Part shown: one piece after another, positions 37,825-39,812 of the stretch
Position numbering within the stretch: position 1 is the stretch's first letter
Layout of the letters: every line of letters starts with the position of its first letter
NCBI RefSeq assembly: GCF_001194135.2
Contig: NC_068984.1
Coordinates: 42,280,391 to 42,320,202, forward strand
Direction: 5' to 3'
DNA length: 39,812 nt
Source: Octopus bimaculoides
Taxonomy: Eukaryota
The notes under the pieces: generated by a model
Databases searched by the model: none
The model's input: the letters and a program-made list of their open reading frames with translations, nothing else
What the model was told of the DNA's origin: nothing
Made by a program: the position numbers and the translations under genes

Positions 37825-37884
37825 CAGACGAAATACTGCTTAGCATTTCGCCCAGCGTGCTAACGTTTCTGCCAGCTCGCCGCC
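37825..37884 (-). mobile_element. Detached head of SINE A (target of the LINE insertion)
   Basis: GGCGGCGAGCTGGCAGAAACGTTAGCACGCTGGGCGAAATGCTAAGCAGTATTTCGTCTG; TSD-like 16-mer at 37887-37902. Confidence 0.9.
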
Positions 37885-38364
37885 TTCATGCGATTTAAAT
37901 AGTATTTAATCAATGGGAAATTAATAATTTGACAAATGCGAACTATCGTAGGAAAAAAGATGTAGCGTACTTTAGTACTTTACTCAAAATATTCTCTCAC
38001 TCTTTCTCTCACTTCTCTTCTCTGTCGATAATAGATTTTCTGAAAATGATGACTGTAGCAGAAAAACCAAGAACACTGAACTGAAAATGTAATGAAAAAT
38101 AGATGATAGAATTAAATATTTCTAGTACATACAGTAATATTAAAAGTTTTAAAGAAATATTCCCAGAAGGTACCTTCCCTTTTATGCTCATTGTTTTAAT
38201 TGTTAACATTAAAAGAACCAATATAAAATGCTGTGTTTGAAATAAATATGAATCTTTTGTTATTTGTAACAATATGATTTAATTCACATTCTTACTAGCA
38301 AAATTTTAAAATTTTGCACTTTAAAAATACTTCTAACATTTTCAAGATGAAACTCATGAGTAAT

Positions 38365-38564
38365 AGTCAAGATTCAAAGCGAATCGTAGGAGGTACTCAA
38401 CTCATTTACGGAAAACGACTTCCAGGCCGGATTCCAAAAGTGACAAGAACGCTAGGGCCAGTGTAGTGCTGCGCAAAGTAATTTTGAAGATGATATTAAA
38501 ACTTAAGTAAAGTTATTTTTTATTAAACATAACTACTTCGACAACTTTTTGATGCCACCTCGCA
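38365..38564 (+). mobile_element. Mariner 3' remnant with right TIR
   Basis: KIQSES*EVLNSFTENDFQAGFQK*QER*GQCSAAQSNFEDD resembles the mariner C-terminus (FQKWQERW.KC...GEYFEGD); ends CAACTTTTTGATGCCACCTCG. Confidence 0.6.
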
Positions 38565-39479
38565 TATGGCCGTTTTATACCTTCATGCTTGTGTTTGTAA
38601 TTACAAACGTCTATAGAGGTTTACCGTCCAGCCGTATTCGTCCACTTTTACTACAGTAGAATGTAATTTGAGGGAGGATTGGCTGCTATTTGTTGGAGAT
38701 CGAGCAACTATGTAAAAGCTCACTATTGGTTGTTGTTGATTCTGATGTTGGAACTAATACTTCTAAACCATTATCATCTTCATCTACAAATTTAACTTCA
38801 TCTTATCCACTTATTCTTTTTTCTACATCTGTTTTGATTCTCAACAACTATTTAGAATGTACATGCAACAGGCTTAACAAATTAAAATTTTCGTTTGCTT
38901 GAAAAATAAAACAAAAATAAATTACAAAAAAAGTTCCGTATGCAAGACGGACATCATTTCAAAAACACGAGCACAAATACGCACGCGCAAGTACACACAC
39001 ACACACTTACCCACAGTTACGCACACAAGTATATACACATAATGATATATGGATATATAAAGGTTTTAATACACTTTGGCTACTTTACTATGTATATTTC
39101 TATGAGTATACATACCAATATTATAAGTAGACTTTTCACGCAACTCTACTGCATGTATCTGCATACACACGTGGATACACATATATATGTACATACATAA
39201 ATGCATACAAATATACACGCGCGCAATCATACACGCATACACGCATACACACATATATATGGATGCATGTACTGCATGCACTGCATGTACAGAGACAGAT
39301 CATTACCAAATTTACAGGGCGCACCTCCCGCTTACTACAATTATATTACTCTACGGCTGGTAAATTCTTTACATCCAAACGATGCAAGCAAATAACACAT
39401 ATATACATGCATATACATATATACGACGGCGAGAGCATGTGCATATATACATACATACATATATGCAAATATACATGCA

Positions 39480-39482
<3 letters not shown>

Positions 39483-39543
<61 letters not shown>

Positions 39544-39546
39544 AAT

Positions 39547-39587
<41 letters not shown>
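39483..39587. repeat. (TA)n tracts
   Basis: Direct reading. Confidence 0.95.
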
Positions 39588-39589
<2 letters not shown>

Positions 39590-39812
39590 GGAAGACTGTG
39601 AGAGGGAAAGAGAGAGAAAGAAAGCTAGCTACTATAGCAATGGTATTACACAATACGTTAAATCAAAATTAGAAATTCATAAAAACTATTTGAAGCTAAA
39701 AACAAAAGAGAAAAATAAAACATGAACTATAAAATAGACAGACAAAACTACAAAAGAACTAAAGGTTTGCCCTCCACTAACACGTCGTCATATATATATA
39801 TATATATATATA

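Overview
AT-rich eukaryotic repeat-dominated DNA from a short-read assembly, with 8 N-gaps, most next to microsatellites. The SINE families and microsatellite load resemble a coleoid cephalopod, probably Octopus; this is recognition from memory, not a search result. I found no host protein-coding gene, functional RNA gene or CRISPR array. Most ORFs in the track are microsatellite, gap or antisense artefacts. The window holds at least four tRNA-derived SINE families, several decayed Tc1/mariner pieces and MITEs, five RLE-type (R4/Dong-like) LINE fragments (four beside (AAT)n), a decayed CR1/L2-type endonuclease, a Penelope-like hammerhead remnant and a near-full-length L1/Tx1-clade LINE. The best-supported structure is at 32.6-37.9 kb. 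There the Tx1-like LINE sits inside a SINE (12-bp TSD) and shares its 3' tail with a variant of that SINE. The nest was later broken by a ~1.75-kb inversion, supported by two TSDs and two reciprocal mariner/LINE junctions.
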